This document shows, one piece after another, positions 61,090-64,000 of a stretch of 64,000 nucleotides of DNA; position 1 is the first letter of the stretch; each line of letters opens with the position of its first letter. The DNA comes from Heterodontus francisci. Its lineage: Eukaryota. The notes below the pieces were generated by a model. That model was not told the DNA's origin. It worked only from the letters and a program-made list of their open reading frames with translations, and searched no databases. The stretch is from the NCBI RefSeq assembly GCF_036365525.1, contig NC_090417.1:3024832-3088831 (forward strand). Direction: 5' to 3'. Made by a program: the position numbers and the translations under genes.

Positions 61090-63470
61090 ACTACCCTAGT
61101 CCTCAAACTCTCCCATCGAAGCCCATCCCTCTAGTCCCCTAACTCTCCAGTGAAACCCATCCCTCGAGTCCCCTAACTCTCCATTGAAACCCATCCCTCT
61201 AGTCCCCTAACTCTCCATTGAAACCCATCTCTCCAGTCCCCTCTCCATTGAAACCCATCCCTCTAGTCCCCTAACTCTCCATCGAAGCCTATCTCTCTCG
61301 TCCCCTAACTCTCCATTGAAACCCATCCCTTTCGTCTACTAACTCTCCATCGAAGCCCATCTCCCGCGTCCCCTAACTCTCCATCGAAGCCCATCTCTCT
61401 AGTCCCCTAACTCTCCATTGAAACCCATCTCTCTAGTCCCCTAACTCTCCATTGAAGCCCATCTCTCCAGTCTCCTAACTCTCCATCGAAGCCCATCTCT
61501 CCAGTCCCCTAACTCTCTGTTTAAACCCCTCTCTCTCTAGTCCCCTAACTCTCCATCGAAGCCCATCTCTCTAGTCTCCTAACTCTCCATTGAAGCCCAT
61601 CTCTCCAGTCTCCTAACTCTCCATCGAAGCCCATCTCTCCAGTCCCCTAACTCTCCGTTTAAACCCCTCTCTCTCTAGTCCCCTAACTCTCCATCGAAGC
61701 CCATCTCTCTAGTCCCCTAACTCTCCATCGAAACCCATCTCTCTAGTCCCCTAACTCTCCATTGAAGCCCATCTCTCCAGTCCCCTAACTCTCCGTTTAA
61801 ACCCCTCTCTCTCTAGTCCCCTAACTCTCCATTGAAGCCCATCTCTCTAGTCCCCTAACTCTCCCATCAAAACCCATCTCTCTAGTCCCCTAACTCTCCA
61901 TTGAAACCCATCCCTCTAGTCCCCTAACTCTCCATTGAAGCCCATCTCTCTAGTCCCCTAACTCTCCATCGAAACCCATCTCTCTAGTCCCCTAACTCTC
62001 CATTGAAACCCATCCCTCTAGTCCCCTAACTCTCCATCGAAACCCATCTCTCTAGTCCCCTAACTCTCCATTGAAGCCCATCTCTCCAGTCTCCTAACTC
62101 TCCATCGAAGCCCATCTCTCCAGTCCCCTAACTCTCCGTTTAAACCCCTCTCTCTCTAGTCCCCTAACTCTCCATTGAAGCCCATCTCTCCAGTCTCCTA
62201 ACTCTCCATCGAAGCCCATCTCTCTAGTCCCCTAACTCTCCATCGAAGCCCATCTCTCTAGTCCCCTAACTCTCCATCGAAGCCCATCTCTCTAGTCCCC
62301 TAACTCTCCATCGAAGCCCATCTCTCCAGTCCCCTAACTCTCCGTTTAAACCCCTCTCTCTCTAGTCCCCTAACTCTCCATCGAAGCCCATCTCTCTAGT
62401 CCCCTAACTCTCCATTGAAACCCATCTCTCCAGACCCCTAACTCTCCAACAAAGCCCATCTCTCTCGTCTCCTAACTCTCCATCGAAACCCATTCCTCTA
62501 GTCCCCTAACTCTCCATTGAAACCCATCTCTCCAGACCCCTAACTCTCCAACAAAGCCCATCTCTCTCGTCTCCTAACTCTCCATCGAAACCCATCCCTC
62601 TAGTCCCCTAACTCTCCATTGAAACCTATCTCTCCAGACCCCTAACTCTCCAACAAAGCCCATCTCTCTCGTCTCCTAACTCTCCATCGAAACCCATCCC
62701 TCTAGTCCCCTAACTCTCCATTGAAACCCATCTCTCCAGACCCCTAACTCTCCAACAAAGCCCATCTCCCTAGTCCCCGAATTCTCCATCGAAGCCCATC
62801 TCTCTAGTTCCATAATTCTCTATCGAAGCCCATCTCTCTCCAGTTCCCTAACTCTCCAACAAAGCCCATCTCCCTAGTCCCCGAATTCTCCATCGAAGTC
62901 CATCTCTCTAGTCCCCGAATTCTCCATCGAAACCCATCCCTATAGTCCCCTAACTCTCCATCGAAACCCATCCCTCTAGTCCCCTAACTCTCCATTGAAA
63001 CCCATCTCTCCAGACCCCTAACTCTCCAACAAAGCCCATCTCCCTAGTCCCCGAATTCTCCATCGAAGCCCATCTCTCTAGTCCCCGAATTCTCCATCGA
63101 AGCCCATCTCTCTAGTCCCCGAATTCTCCATCGAAGCCCATCTCTCTAGTTCCATAATTCTCCATCGAAGCCCATCTCTCTCCAGTTCCCTAACTCTCCA
63201 ACAAAGCCCATCTCCCTAGTCCCCGAATTCTCCATCGAAGCCCATCTCTCTAGTCCCCGAATTCTCCATCGAAGCCCATCTCTCTAGTTCCATAATTCTC
63301 CATCGAAGCCCATCTCTCTAGTCCCCTAACTCTCCATCGAAACCCATTCCTCTAGTCCCCTAATTCTCCATCGAAACCCATCCCTATAGTCCCCTAACTC
63401 TCCATCGAAGCTCATCTCTCTAGTTCCCTAACTCTCCCATTGAAACCCATCTCTCTTTTAGCCCATCTCT
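61090..63470. repeat. ~2.4 kb tandem array of a 34-bp pyrimidine-rich unit (~70 copies)
   Basis: Unit ctctagtcccctaactctccatcgaagcccatct. Confidence 0.97.
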
Positions 63471-63772
63471 CCCAATTATTTTTCTTGATTTCCTTTAAAT
63501 ATATACCTGGCCTGCCTTCCTGCACTGTATGACCCCAGTTTATGGCACTGTCATACTGGGTAATCTAGACACAGTGCATCATGAAATTTAAAAATGAATA
63601 AAGTGAATTGATATTGCTAATAATCCACTGTAATCCCAGTTCAAGTGTTACATTGCTTTGTGTAACAGTGTACAGTAACCACACACCTTCACCTCATCCA
63701 TTTTTTTTGTGAACTGACATTCTGTTGCAGTGACTGTTTAAAGCACAGTTGAATGTAACTGAGTGGCCATAC

Positions 63773-63851
63773 CTGTGGTTACAATGTAATAATTGGTGAT
63801 TCCTTTCCAGTGGCTTATGAAGGAGTCCAGCAGCTGAATGGGCTCTTCCTC
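63773..63851 (-). CDS. FHIP2B: FHIP2B exon 2 (exon 1 lies beyond the window)
   Basis: EEEPIQLLDSFISHWKGITNYYIVTT; 79 nt; ttaaag| acceptor, G|gtatgg donor. Confidence 0.88.
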
Positions 63852-64000
63852 CTTTAACAAAAGAATAAGAGGATAAAACACCATCTTGTCACAGCAGAAT
63901 TATTTCAGGAAATAGCGAACAATTACTGAGCAACTTATTGTAGGGAAAATCAGCTCAAACATTTCACAAGATGAAATGAAGCCTGAGCAGACAACATTAA

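Overview
Vertebrate genomic DNA, almost certainly from a cartilaginous fish (shark-type CR1 LINEs, HE1/V-SINE, Deu-domain SINEs, Penelope-like tails). Four spliced genes were reconstructed by hand with GT-AG junctions and consistent phases. STAMBP (minus strand): first coding exon plus a CpG-island promoter; the gene continues off the left edge. DUSP11/PIR1 RNA 5'-phosphatase (minus): complete, 9 coding exons, about 413 aa, with an 11x 27-bp coding minisatellite in the last exon. BRF2 (plus): complete, 4 coding exons, about 470 aa. FHIP2B/FAM160B2 (minus): 16 coding exons, first exon beyond the right edge. DUSP11 and BRF2, both tied to RNA polymerase III transcripts, lie head-to-head around one CpG island with NRF1/YY1/GC-box motifs. 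A ~10.2 kb array of a 31-bp unit, carrying kappaB-consensus and forkhead motifs, separates that island from the BRF2 start codon; the giant ORFs there are artefacts. Other oddities are a 35-bp tandem array that multiplies an FHIP2B splice donor 8 times, a TALE-motif VNTR at the STAMBP promoter, and several long stem-loop elements in DUSP11 introns and the BRF2 3' UTR. Gene names come from my recall of vertebrate orthologues, not from a database search. Repeat boundaries are approximate.
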